From: an uncultured Candidatus Saccharibacteria bacterium
GTDB lineage: Bacteria; Patescibacteriota; Minisyncoccia; Minisyncoccales; UBA5738
Assembly: GCA_964603475.1 (NCBI GenBank)
Contig: CAZRVG010000002.1
Location: 9,923-73,922, forward strand
Reading direction: 5' to 3'
DNA: 64,000 bases
Made by a program: the position numbers and the translations under genes
Notes under the pieces: generated by a model
What the model was told of the DNA's origin: nothing
Seen by the model: the letters and a program-made list of their open reading frames with translations, nothing else
Database searches by the model: none
Shown: positions 24,220-33,021 of the stretch, piece by piece
Layout: the number at the start of each line of letters is the position of its first letter
Position numbering within the stretch: position 1 is the stretch's first letter

Positions 24220-24513
24220 ATGGTCAGACCCAGATTGTGCCGAAACATCAAATTTGATCCGCAGGTGAATTATTTCAAGCCGCAGGGGATACCCGTGCGG
24301 TGCTTGGAGGTGGTTGGCATGTCGTTGGAGGAAATGGAGGCGCTGCGCTTGAAAAATTTGGAAGGGCTGGAGCAAACCGAGGCGGCCAAAAAAATGAATA
24401 CCTCGCAAAGCACTTTCGCGCGGATTTTATCCTCGGCCAACCAAAAAACCGCCGACGCCCTCATCAACGGCAAAGCGATCAGGATTGAATCGGGAATCAA
24501 GAATCAGGAATAA
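24220..24513 (+). CDS. DUF134 (UPF0251) putative DNA-binding protein
   Basis: FKPQGIP...LSLEEMEALRLKNLEGLEQTEAAKKMNTSQSTFARIL (sigma-70 region-4-like HTH). Confidence 0.85.
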   Translation: MVRPRLCRNIKFDPQVNYFKPQGIPVRCLEVVGMSLEEMEALRLKNLEGLEQTEAAKKMNTSQSTFARILSSANQKTADALINGKAIRIESGIKNQE

Positions 24514-24662
24514 TGAATCAAGAATTTGAAACACGGAATAATGAATCAGCTTGCCCTGAGTATGCCGGAGGGTTGAATCGTTGAAGTTTTGTAATTTGTG
24601 TGAGTAATTTGTAGTTGGGGGGCACAAATTTAAAAAGCGCATAAATGCGCTTTTTAAATTTG

Positions 24663-24746
24663 TGCCGAAGGTGGGAGTTGAACCCACACGAGGTTGCCCT
24701 CACAGCATTTTGAGTGCTGCGTGTATGCCAGTTTCACCACTTCGGC
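24663..24746 (-). tRNA. tRNA-Leu (anticodon CAA), class II with long variable arm
   Basis: The reverse complement is GCCGAAG...; anticodon stem CAGCA/UGCUG, loop CUCAAAA, T-loop GGTTCAACTCC. 84 nt. Confidence 0.9.
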
Positions 24747-24755
24747 AAAAATGGG

Positions 24756-25047
24756 TTAGGTGTGCTCCGACTTCGAGTATTTGGCTAAATAAATTGCCCC
24801 CCCATCCTCTCGATAAATTTTGTTGAAGCCGGCAAAAAATAATTTTTTCTGGTTTTGCAATATACTAATTGCCTTCATTACCGCAAACTCATCTGTTGCT
24901 TTAAGCAAGCTGCATAACTCTGGTATGTCTAATTCTTCTTTATCAGAAGCAGAGAATATATCCAGAATCTTTTGCGATAACTGTTTGGTTGCGGGGGGTT
25001 GCTATCTTTGCTATAGATACTTTGTATCCAAAAATCGTAAAATCCAT
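24756..25047 (-). pseudogene. small hypothetical gene interrupted by a +1 frameshift at a C6 tract
   Basis: AGGAGG lies 7 nt upstream of ATG 25047. Frame A stops after 34 codons (TGA at 24943-24945). A second frame stays open to TAA 24756-24758. The 292-nt span (3n+1) and the C6 run (plus-strand G6 at 24993-24998) are consistent with a 1-nt indel. Confidence 0.5.
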
Positions 25048-25128
25048 TTTTTGCCTCCTAACTTGTGCAATTTGCTGATTGTAAGTTAGCGCAAAAATCG
25101 GGAAAAATCAAGGGAAATCCTTGCGTTT

Positions 25129-25211
25129 GTAGGGGCGGGCTTTATGCCCGCCCGTATTTATCGGGCACAATAGGGCAACTACAATAGGACAACCACAAGG
25201 GTTGCCCCTGC
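25129..25211. repeat. REP doublet/cluster
   Basis: gtaggggcgggctttatgcccgccc (25129-25153) and ggacaaccacaagggttgcccctgc (25187-25211). Confidence 0.8.
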
Positions 25212-25234
25212 GAGTTTTTGTCAATGTTCAATGT

Positions 25235-27379
25235 TTATTTGCATTCTTTGTTGGAGCACCTTACAAGCTTGCGCTTGGTTTCAACCATTAAACTGCCGCA
25301 TTTTTCGCATTTTTCGCCGGTGGGTTTGTCCCAGAGGGCGAAGTCGCAATCGGGGTAGGCCGAACAACCGTAGAAAATTTTGCGTTTCTTGGTGCGCTTT
25401 TCCACGATGTGGCCAGTGCCGCATTTGGGGCAGGGGATCTCCTTTTCAAACGCGGGCTTTTGGGGTTCCAGCGGTTCGGCGTGTTTGCATTCGGGGAATT
25501 TGGGGCAGGCCAAAAATTTGCCGAAGCGTCCCATTTTGATCACCAGATTGGCGCCGCACTTGGGGCAGATTTTGTCGGTGGCGATCGCGGTTTTGTTGGC
25601 CTTTTCAACTTCTTGGTATTTTTCTTCTAAATTTTTCGCGAACGGCTCATAAAATTCGCGCAAAACTTTTGTCCACTCGGCTTGTCCCTCGGCGATATCG
25701 TCAAATTCTTCCTCCATTTTGGCGGTAAAATCAATATCCACGATTTTTGGGAAATGTGCCACGAGCAAGTCATTGACCATTAGTCCGATCTCGGTGGGTT
25801 TTAGCGATTTTTTTTCGTCTTTTTCAATATAATTTCGCGTTTGAATGGTGGAGATAATCGGCGCGTAAGTGGAGGGGCGGCCGATGCCGTGGGCTTCCAT
25901 TGCTTTGATGAGCGTGGCTTCGTTGTAGCGCGCCGGCGGCTTGGTGAAATGCTGGTTGGCGTCAAGTTTGATAAATTCCAGCGGTTCGCCATCTTCCATT
26001 TTTGGCAAATCAAGCTCTTCAAATTTGGAGGGATAAACTTTTAAATAGCCGTCAAATTTCAATGTCTGGCCTGAAGCTCGAAATCCATAATTTGCGGGGG
26101 TTGCGCGGGTTAGACCCATGCAAGCTTGCGTGGGTCTAACCCGCGCAATATCTTCTGCGGCACATTGCGCGGAAATGTCCGCACTGATTGAATCAAAAAG
26201 CGCCGGGTTCATTTGGCTGGCGATAAATCTTTGCCAAATGAGTTCATAAAGTTTTGCTTGCGGCCGGGTGAGGTTTTTGTCGGTCAGCGCCATTTCGGGA
26301 GTTTGATCCGCGTATGCCGGGCGGATCGCCTCGTGAGCTTCTTGCGCGCCTTTGGATTTGGTTTTATAGGTTTTGAAATTCCCTGAATGATATTGGGCGC
26401 CATAAGTCTTGGTGATGAAATCCTTTGCCGCGGTTAAAGATTGAACCGACAAATTGAGCGAGTCGGTGCGGTGGTAAGTTATCAACCCCATTTCATATAG
26501 TTGTTGAGCGGTCATCATCGCGGCCTTGCCGGTCATTTTAAATCTTTGCCAGGCGGTTTGCTGCAAGGTTGAGGTGGTGAACGGCGGCAGGGGATTTTTG
26601 CGGGTTTCTTTTCTATCAATTTTTGCCACCGAATAAGCGGCGTTTTTTAAATTTTCTTCAATGGCGATGGCTTGATTTTCATCTTTTATTTCCAACTTAT
26701 CCAGCGTTTTGCCGTTGATTTTTGCCAGTCGCGCGGCAAATTCTTTTTTGGGGCCGTTTTTGGTGTTTTTTAGGTTTGCCAAAATTTCCCAATATTCTTC
26801 GGGATTGAAGGCCTCAATTTCCCGTTCGCGTTCGGCGATCAGGCGCACGGCCACGGATTGCACCCGTCCCGCTGATAATCCCTTAACGATCTTTTTCCAC
26901 AAAAACGGAGATAGCTTATAGCCCACAATGCGGTCCAAAATCCGCCGTGCCTGTTGAGCGTTAACCAAATCAATGTTGATTTCCCGCGGATTTTTCAGGG
27001 CTTCATCAATCGCGGTTTTGGTGATCTCATGAAATTCAATCCGCCGATAGAGCCTGCCTTCAACTTTTTTGGTCTTTGGCTTGCCCAGTTTCAACGCTTC
27101 AATTAAATGCCAAGCGATGGCTTCGCCCTCGCGATCCGGATCGGTGGAGATCAAAACCTCATCGGCCTTTTTGGTTTGCGCCTTCAACTCTTTTATCGTG
27201 CTTTTGCCTTTGGTCGTGATGGCGTATTTGGGAGCAAAATTATTTTCAATGTCCACGCCAAAAACAGTTCTGGGCAAGTCGCGCACATGGCCGTATGATG
27301 ATAAAATTTTATAATCGCTCCCTAAAAATTTTTGCAAAGTTTTCGCCTTGGTGGGCGATTCAACAATAATCAGCTTCAT
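25235..27379 (-). CDS. topA: DNA topoisomerase I (type IA)
   Basis: Toprim LIIVESPTKAKT, ITYHRTDS active-site region, three C-terminal CPKCG-type zinc ribbons. Confidence 0.95.
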   Translation of the reverse strand: MKLIIVESPTKAKTLQKFLGSDYKILSSYGHVRDLPRTVFGVDIENNFAPKYAITTKGKSTIKELKAQTKKADEVLISTDPDREGEAIAWHLIEALKLGKPKTKKVEGRLYRRIEFHEITKTAIDEALKNPREINIDLVNAQQARRILDRIVGYKLSPFLWKKIVKGLSAGRVQSVAVRLIAEREREIEAFNPEEYWEILANLKNTKNGPKKEFAARLAKINGKTLDKLEIKDENQAIAIEENLKNAAYSVAKIDRKETRKNPLPPFTTSTLQQTAWQRFKMTGKAAMMTAQQLYEMGLITYHRTDSLNLSVQSLTAAKDFITKTYGAQYHSGNFKTYKTKSKGAQEAHEAIRPAYADQTPEMALTDKNLTRPQAKLYELIWQRFIASQMNPALFDSISADISAQCAAEDIARVRPTQACMGLTRATPANYGFRASGQTLKFDGYLKVYPSKFEELDLPKMEDGEPLEFIKLDANQHFTKPPARYNEATLIKAMEAHGIGRPSTYAPIISTIQTRNYIEKDEKKSLKPTEIGLMVNDLLVAHFPKIVDIDFTAKMEEEFDDIAEGQAEWTKVLREFYEPFAKNLEEKYQEVEKANKTAIATDKICPKCGANLVIKMGRFGKFLACPKFPECKHAEPLEPQKPAFEKEIPCPKCGTGHIVEKRTKKRKIFYGCSAYPDCDFALWDKPTGEKCEKCGSLMVETKRKLVRCSNKECK
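26103..26146. repeat. intragenic 44-bp palindrome in topA (GCGCGGGTTAGACCC family)
   Basis: gcgcgggttagacccatgcaag|cttgcgtgggtctaacccgcgc, with one mismatch between the arms. Confidence 0.9.
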
Positions 27380-27481
27380 AAATTTCTAAATTTCTAATTT
27401 CTAATGCCAAAATAAATTCCAAAATTTTGAAATTTTAAATTTATTAATTTATTCAAAAATTAGAAATTAGTAATTTCGGAA

Positions 27482-28345
27482 TTAATTCAAACAGTATTCT
27501 CCGTTGCCCAGATTGCGCACGAGGTTGTTTATCTCCATCACGGGGATCGCGCTCATCACGATTTGCGCGGGGAGTTTTGTCGCCAAAATTATTTTATCAA
27601 TATTTAACGCGCCGTCTTTTAAAATGTCCAAAATTTTTTGCTCTTCGGGGGAAACATTTCGCGCGGCAATTTTTGCCGGCGCGGCGGCCAATCCCAATTC
27701 ATCCAAAATATCTTGAGCCGCGGTTGCGGGCTTGCCGCCGTTTTTTAACAGCCAATTGCAGCCGGCCGAGTTTGCCGCGTAAATTGATCCGGGAACCGCG
27801 AAAACCGGCTTGTGCTGTTTTCTGCCCCATTCGGCGGTGATTAGCGATCCGGACTTTTCCTTGGCTTCAATGACCGCCACGGCCAAAGATAATCCGGCGA
27901 TAATGCGGTTTCGCTGGGGAAAAGAATAATAGGTGGATTTAAATCCCGGCTCGTATTCGCTAATCAAACAACCGCCAGTATCAACTATATTTTGCGCCAA
28001 GTCAAGATTTGCTTGCGGGAAAAACGATTCCTTGTCAAGCCCGGCGCCGATGACGCCGCAAGTCAATCCGCCGCATTCAAGGGCGGTTTGGTGGGCGATA
28101 GTGTCAATGCCGGGCGCCATTCCCGAAATAATGCAAACGCCGGCGCGGAACAGTCCCGCGGCGATGTCATGCGCGGCTTGCTTGCCATAAGTTGACGGCA
28201 CCCGCGCCCCGACGATCGCCACGCATGGCGCGGCAATATTTATGTTGCCGCGGTAATATATTTGCTTGGGCCGTGAGGGGATGGTGCGCAAACAATTGGG
28301 AAATTCAATATCTCCTTCAACAATTTTTTGGATTTCGTATTCCAT
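27482..28345 (-). CDS. dprA: DNA-processing protein DprA
   Basis: VAIVGARVPSTYG and GMAPGIDTIAHQ motifs. Confidence 0.9.
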   Translation of the reverse strand: MEYEIQKIVEGDIEFPNCLRTIPSRPKQIYYRGNINIAAPCVAIVGARVPSTYGKQAAHDIAAGLFRAGVCIISGMAPGIDTIAHQTALECGGLTCGVIGAGLDKESFFPQANLDLAQNIVDTGGCLISEYEPGFKSTYYSFPQRNRIIAGLSLAVAVIEAKEKSGSLITAEWGRKQHKPVFAVPGSIYAANSAGCNWLLKNGGKPATAAQDILDELGLAAAPAKIAARNVSPEEQKILDILKDGALNIDKIILATKLPAQIVMSAIPVMEINNLVRNLGNGEYCLN

Positions 28346-28414
28346 ATATATGGCATAATCCTGACTTTACCACTATACCATTTTTTGCGCCCTTGCAAAA
28401 AATCTGCTTTATAT

Positions 28415-28460
28415 TCCAAAAAAGGTCTAACTTTTCAGATGCCCGTAAGGTTAGACCTTT
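28415..28460 (-). terminator. terminator hairpin after pth, with a GGTCTAAC/GTTAGACC stem
   Basis: aaaggtctaac (28421-28431) pairs with gttagaccttt (28450-28460). On the minus strand it is followed by a T-run. Confidence 0.55.
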
Positions 28461-28500
28461 TCAAACTTCGGATGTATGCACATTAACGATTGACGATTAT

Positions 28501-29115
28501 TTATTGGTTATATTCGGTCATTGATTTTTCAATCCCTTTGGCAAGCGCGATCTCTATGGCAGAGATTGTTGACTCAATGGATTTTTCAAATTCGGCTTTA
28601 TCGCCGGCAGTGATTTTTTTGAGCACATATTTTTCCGCCGGGATTTTTTTTTCCGCCGCGGTTTTGGGGGCGATGCCCGCGCGGAAACGGACGAAGTTTT
28701 TGGTTTTTAAATGGTCGATAATGGATTGCACGCCTTTGTGCCCGGCCGCGCCGCGGTTTTGGCAAATTTTTATTTTTCCTAAGGGAATATCCATATCGTC
28801 GTTTATCACCCAAAGATTGGGATGGGATTTTTTTTGCCGGATTTTTCTGTAATTAAACAATTTTGCCAATGCTTTACCGGAATTGTTCATCAACATCTGC
28901 GGTTTTGCCAAAATCACGCTTTTGCCCAAAATTTCTTTTTGCGCGACCAAAATCCCGTCGGGCTCCATTTTGAAATCCCCGAATTCAAACCGCCGCGCGA
29001 ATTCATCAACCGCAAGAAACCCCGCGTTGTGCGGCGTGTTTTGATGTCTTTCCCCCGGATTTCCCAGCCCCGCGATAAAAACTATCGGTAATTTTTTTAC
29101 AGTTTTCTTTTCCAT
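28501..29115 (-). CDS. pth: aminoacyl-tRNA hydrolase (peptidyl-tRNA hydrolase)
   Basis: IAGLGNPGERHQNTPHNAGF and GHKGVQSI motifs. Confidence 0.9.
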   Translation of the reverse strand: MEKKTVKKLPIVFIAGLGNPGERHQNTPHNAGFLAVDEFARRFEFGDFKMEPDGILVAQKEILGKSVILAKPQMLMNNSGKALAKLFNYRKIRQKKSHPNLWVINDDMDIPLGKIKICQNRGAAGHKGVQSIIDHLKTKNFVRFRAGIAPKTAAEKKIPAEKYVLKKITAGDKAEFEKSIESTISAIEIALAKGIEKSMTEYNQ

Positions 29116-29146
29116 AATAAAGCCATTATAGCATAATTCTCATTAG

Positions 29147-29177
29147 AATTTGGTCAAGGTTTCACCTTGACCAAATT
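29147..29177. repeat. CAAGGT-TTC-ACCTTG family hairpin (14-bp stem, 3-nt loop)
   Basis: aatttggtcaaggt-ttc-accttgaccaaatt. Confidence 0.85.
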
Positions 29178-29197
29178 TGCGGTTGGGGAAAACTTGT

Positions 29198-29228
29198 TTG
29201 ACACGGGGGATTGGGGGGGGGGTAATAT
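29198..29228 (+). promoter_or_regulatory. promoter-like TTGACA ... TAATAT with a G10 tract in the 19-nt spacer
   Basis: TTGACA at 29198-29203, G10 at 29213-29222, TAATAT at 29223-29228. Confidence 0.35.
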
Positions 29229-29316
29229 AAAGAAAATTAAAAATTTCAAATTAAAAATTAAAAATTTTTGAGAAATAACTGTCAAAAATCGAAAAAATAA
29301 GATTTTTGAGAAATTT

Positions 29317-29916
29317 ATGGAAAAAGGACCGAAAATGGGAGGAGAAAATTTCCCCAGAGTGGAGGATATAATTGAAGCGGAAGAAGGTGTAGAACAAACT
29401 GATGCAGAGTCTGTTGTTAATCCGGATCCGGATATAGTTGAGGAGGATGAGAAACGGGCGGAAGAAAATATAAACCGTGTTAAGGAAGCCATAAAAACAA
29501 GCGGAGAAGAGGCGCGCGCTACCATTGAAAACGATCCGAATTTGTCTGAAGAGGAAAAAACAGCTCGGCTGGAGATGCTCGGTCAAGCCGTGGCGCAAAT
29601 TATAAATTTGGCAAAGCGCGCACAGGAGCATCCCGTAATTTGTTATGGGATTATTGCGATGGTAAGCTGTGTTATAACTAATCAGATGTGGTTACTTGTA
29701 GTGAATAGTGAAGGGCCTTTAAGCTATGGTCTTGCAGCTTTAACATCGATACCCGTGTCGGCTGTGTTCGTATCGTCCGTTTTAGGTGTATGTGAAATTA
29801 TTTTCGGAATTGCAGATAATAAAACGGTGCAAAATAAATATACTTGGATGCGAGATAAGGTTCAAGCTAGCAAAGATAGTTTCCAGACAGGATATAAAGA
29901 AAAAAGAAATGGTTGA
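29317..29916 (+). CDS. hypothetical membrane protein (acidic N-terminal region, C-terminal TM segments)
   Basis: 199-aa ORF with hydrophobic stretches ICYGIIAMVSCVI and LAALTSIPVSAVFVSSVLGV. No family recognised. Confidence 0.55.
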   Translation: MEKGPKMGGENFPRVEDIIEAEEGVEQTDAESVVNPDPDIVEEDEKRAEENINRVKEAIKTSGEEARATIENDPNLSEEEKTARLEMLGQAVAQIINLAKRAQEHPVICYGIIAMVSCVITNQMWLLVVNSEGPLSYGLAALTSIPVSAVFVSSVLGVCEIIFGIADNKTVQNKYTWMRDKVQASKDSFQTGYKEKRNG

Positions 29917-29972
29917 ATCATTTTTTGAGGCGACTTGATAAGCAAATATATTTAAATTAATATTCTAAAAAT

Positions 29973-30344
29973 ATGACCGATGCCAATCAAAATATTTTCG
30001 ATACACTATCTCGCGTTTATCAAATTTTGGAGTTTTCTCCGGAAATGATAAAAACGACGCTCGGTGAATTAGGTGCAATGCAACAAATCGCGATATTTAC
30101 CGAATTAGTTGGTGTGTTAACTGAAAAAGAAGCTGATGAGTTAAACGCGGCGGCGGAGAAGTCCGATGAGGAGAAAAAGGCGGTGATGGAAAAGATCGCC
30201 AAAGCGCGCGCCAATGACGAGGGTTTCAAAAACGCGGCGCGGGCGGCGGCAAAAAAGGTGATTGACGAGCATATCGCGTATTTGAAAACTCGGGGCGATG
30301 AGGCGCAAAAGGCGGAGATTGCCAAAATTTTGGGGGGGGATTGA
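29973..30344 (+). CDS. hypothetical helical protein
   Basis: 123-aa ORF with coding-like composition. No family recognised. Confidence 0.55.
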   Translation: MTDANQNIFDTLSRVYQILEFSPEMIKTTLGELGAMQQIAIFTELVGVLTEKEADELNAAAEKSDEEKKAVMEKIAKARANDEGFKNAARAAAKKVIDEHIAYLKTRGDEAQKAEIAKILGGD

Positions 30345-30367
30345 GTGATTTTATTTTTAGTGTTTGC

Positions 30368-30444
30368 GTAGGGGCGGGCTTTATGCCCGCCCTTTTGGGT
30401 CAAAATGCGGATGGGACGCGGGCGGGCATAAAGCCCGCCCCTAC
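30368..30444. repeat. REP doublet (REPIN-like)
   Basis: gtaggggcgggctttatgcccgccc (30368-30392) and gggcgggcataaagcccgcccctac (30420-30444). Confidence 0.85.
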
Positions 30445-30494
30445 AAACGCGGTGCGCGGGCAAACGCGGTGCGCGGGCAAACGCGGTGCGCGGG
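30444..30494 (+). repeat. 17-bp tandem repeat x3
   Basis: caaacgcggtgcgcggg repeated three times, immediately abutting the REP doublet. Confidence 0.9.
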
Positions 30495-30590
30495 CAAATA
30501 ATCCTTGCTATTGCGGAGGGGGGATTTTTTTGGTATGATGGGGGCATAGCAAAGATAATTTTGGGTAAGTTTTAATAATAATTTCATTCT

Positions 30591-31148
30591 ATGTCGATTT
30601 CTTTTCAAAGCGCGGGCGAGTTTGTTTGGGAGGTGGCCAAGATTGTGATTTTGGCGTTCGCGATCGTGGTTCCGATTCGCTGGTTTTTGTTCCAGCCTTT
30701 TGTGATTCAAGGGTCGTCAATGGAGCCGAATTTTCACGAAACCGATTATTTGATTGTTGACGAGCTTTCCTATCGCTTGCGCGAGCCCGAGCGGGGAGAA
30801 GTAATTGTTTTTAAATATCCGCTGGACGCTTCCAAAAGGTTTATTAAAAGAATTATCGGCTTGCCCGGGGAAACCGTGGAAATCAAAAACGGGCAGGTGA
30901 TTATTGTCGGCACCGATGGCATTGCCAAAAATTTGGATGAATCCTATATTCCGCAAGGATCATATGCGCCGGATATGCTTGCCACCACGCTTGCCGATGA
31001 CGAATATTTTGTTTTGGGCGATAACCGTCCATATTCTTCGGATTCGCAGGATTGGGGAGAGTTGCCGCGCAAAAACATTATCGGCCGGGTGGAGTTGCGC
31101 TTGTGGCCGTTAGACAAAATCACCAGAATGGGACTGCCAACCTATTAA
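30591..31148 (+). CDS. lepB: signal peptidase I
   Basis: GSSMEPN (catalytic Ser), KRIIGLPGE (catalytic Lys) and GDNRPYSSDS motifs. Confidence 0.9.
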   Translation: MSISFQSAGEFVWEVAKIVILAFAIVVPIRWFLFQPFVIQGSSMEPNFHETDYLIVDELSYRLREPERGEVIVFKYPLDASKRFIKRIIGLPGETVEIKNGQVIIVGTDGIAKNLDESYIPQGSYAPDMLATTLADDEYFVLGDNRPYSSDSQDWGELPRKNIIGRVELRLWPLDKITRMGLPTY

Positions 31149-31296
31149 AATTAGAAATTCTAAATTCCAAATCCTAAATTCTAAATAAATCCAAAATCTA
31201 AAATTCAAAACAAATTTATTTTTTGTTTTGGTCTTTAAAATTTGAGTTTTGGATTTGTTTGGGATTTAGATATTAGAATTTAGGATTTGGGAAAAT

Positions 31297-32574
31297 ATGA
31301 GGTCCAAATTCCAAACCGTTACCGGGATGCATGATATTTTGCCCGAAGATCAGAAATATTATGAAAAGATATATGAAACCGCCAAAGATGTCGCGGGATT
31401 TTATAATTTTGAACGGCTTGAAACGCCGATTTTGGAAAACAGCGAATTATTCGTGAAGGGCACCGGAGCGACAACCGAAATTGTGCAAAAGCAGATGTAT
31501 TCTTTCAAAACCAGAGGCGGCGACAGTCTTACGCTGCGGCCGGAGGGGACGCCGTCGATTGTGCGTGCTTATTTGCAAAATGGAATGGCCAATTGGCCTC
31601 AGCCGGTCAAGCTTTGGTATTGGGGGTCATTTTTTCGCCACGAAAAACCGCAGGCCGGAAGATATCGGCAGTTTTGGCAATTGGGCTTTGAAGCGATCGG
31701 TCAAGCGGGTGCCATTGTCGACGCTCAGGTCATTCAGGTTTGCACGAATATTCTAAAAGAGCTGGGATTGCGGGATATGATTATTGAAGTCAACAGCATT
31801 GGCGACGCGCTTTGCCGGCCGCAATACCGCAAAACGCTGGCAAGCTATTTGCGCAGCCGCGCCGCGGTGCTTTGTGCCGATTGCAAGCGCCGCATAAAGG
31901 AAAACCCCTTGCGGGTGCTTGATTGCAAGGAGGAAAAATGCCAGACGCAAAAAGCGCAAGCGCCGCAAGCGATTGATTATTTGTGCAATGAATGCAAGGC
32001 GCACTTTAAAGAAGTTTTGGAATACTTGGAAGAATTGAAAGCGCCTTATCGGCTGAATCCTTACTTGGCGCGCGGATTGGATTATTATACGCGCACGGTG
32101 TTTGAAATTTACCAAGGCGAAGACCATGACAAAGCGCAATCGGCTTTGGGGGGAGGCGGGAGATATGACGCGCTGATCAAGATGCTGGGGGGCAAGGAAA
32201 CTCCGGCAATGGGCGGGGCGCTGGGAGTTGACAGGATCGTGCGCGAAATGAAAGCCGCGAACGTTAAAATCAGCGAGTCCGGGAAAGTAAAAGTTTTTCT
32301 GGCGCAATTGGGCGGGCTGGGGAAGAAAAAGGCGATCAAGCTTTTTGAAGATTTGCGCTGTGCCGGAATTTCGACTGCTGAATCGTTTGATCGCGATTCG
32401 TTAAAGTCTCAATTGAAAGTTGCCGATAAATACGGCGCGCGTTATACTTTGCTTTTAGGGCAAAAGGAAGCGATTGGGAACAAGGTGATTCTGCGCGATA
32501 TGGAGTCGGGTAAGCAGGAAATTTTGGATTTGGATACCGCCGTCGCTGACGTGAAAAAACGATTGAGAAAGTAG
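31297..32574 (+). CDS. hisS: histidine--tRNA ligase
   Basis: Class II motifs LRPEGT, FRHEKPQAGRYRQF and GGGRYD. Confidence 0.95.
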   Translation: MRSKFQTVTGMHDILPEDQKYYEKIYETAKDVAGFYNFERLETPILENSELFVKGTGATTEIVQKQMYSFKTRGGDSLTLRPEGTPSIVRAYLQNGMANWPQPVKLWYWGSFFRHEKPQAGRYRQFWQLGFEAIGQAGAIVDAQVIQVCTNILKELGLRDMIIEVNSIGDALCRPQYRKTLASYLRSRAAVLCADCKRRIKENPLRVLDCKEEKCQTQKAQAPQAIDYLCNECKAHFKEVLEYLEELKAPYRLNPYLARGLDYYTRTVFEIYQGEDHDKAQSALGGGGRYDALIKMLGGKETPAMGGALGVDRIVREMKAANVKISESGKVKVFLAQLGGLGKKKAIKLFEDLRCAGISTAESFDRDSLKSQLKVADKYGARYTLLLGQKEAIGNKVILRDMESGKQEILDLDTAVADVKKRLRK

Positions 32575-32656
32575 ATAAACATTGAATATTAAATTTTGGC
32601 AGAATATAAAGTTTGTTTTGTCAAGGTTGACGATAGTGATAAATTAAGGTAAATAT

Positions 32657-32998
32657 ATGGAGTGCGTGTTTTGCAAAATAATCAATAAGGAAATACCGGC
32701 AAAAGTGGTTTGGGAAAACGATTGGGGGCTGGCGTTTGAGAATATCAAGCCGGTGCATCCGGTGCATATTTTAATTATTCCCAAAAAGCATATTGCCAAT
32801 ATTCAAGAGGCAAAGCCGGAAGATAAAGAGTATCTGGCGCAAATTCTGCTGGCGATCCCCGAAATCGCCAAGATTAAGGGCGTGGGTGAAAGCGGCTATC
32901 GCTTGACGATAAATTGCGGCAAGCATTCGGGGCAGTCGGTGGATCATTTGCATATCCATTTACTCGGCGGAGAGGAACTTCCGTTTGCCACTGGTTAA
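32657..32998 (+). CDS. HIT family (histidine triad) protein
   Basis: CVFCKI... and HLHIHLLGG. Confidence 0.9.
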   Translation: MECVFCKIINKEIPAKVVWENDWGLAFENIKPVHPVHILIIPKKHIANIQEAKPEDKEYLAQILLAIPEIAKIKGVGESGYRLTINCGKHSGQSVDHLHIHLLGGEELPFATG

Positions 32999-33021
32999 GA
33001 ACATATAAACATATAAACATT

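Noticed and set aside
24820-25089. Plus-strand 89-aa ORF.
   Set aside because: It is antisense to a minus-strand gene that has a canonical AGGAGG-N7-ATG. Its own translation is Cys/Phe/Leu-rich with no start context.
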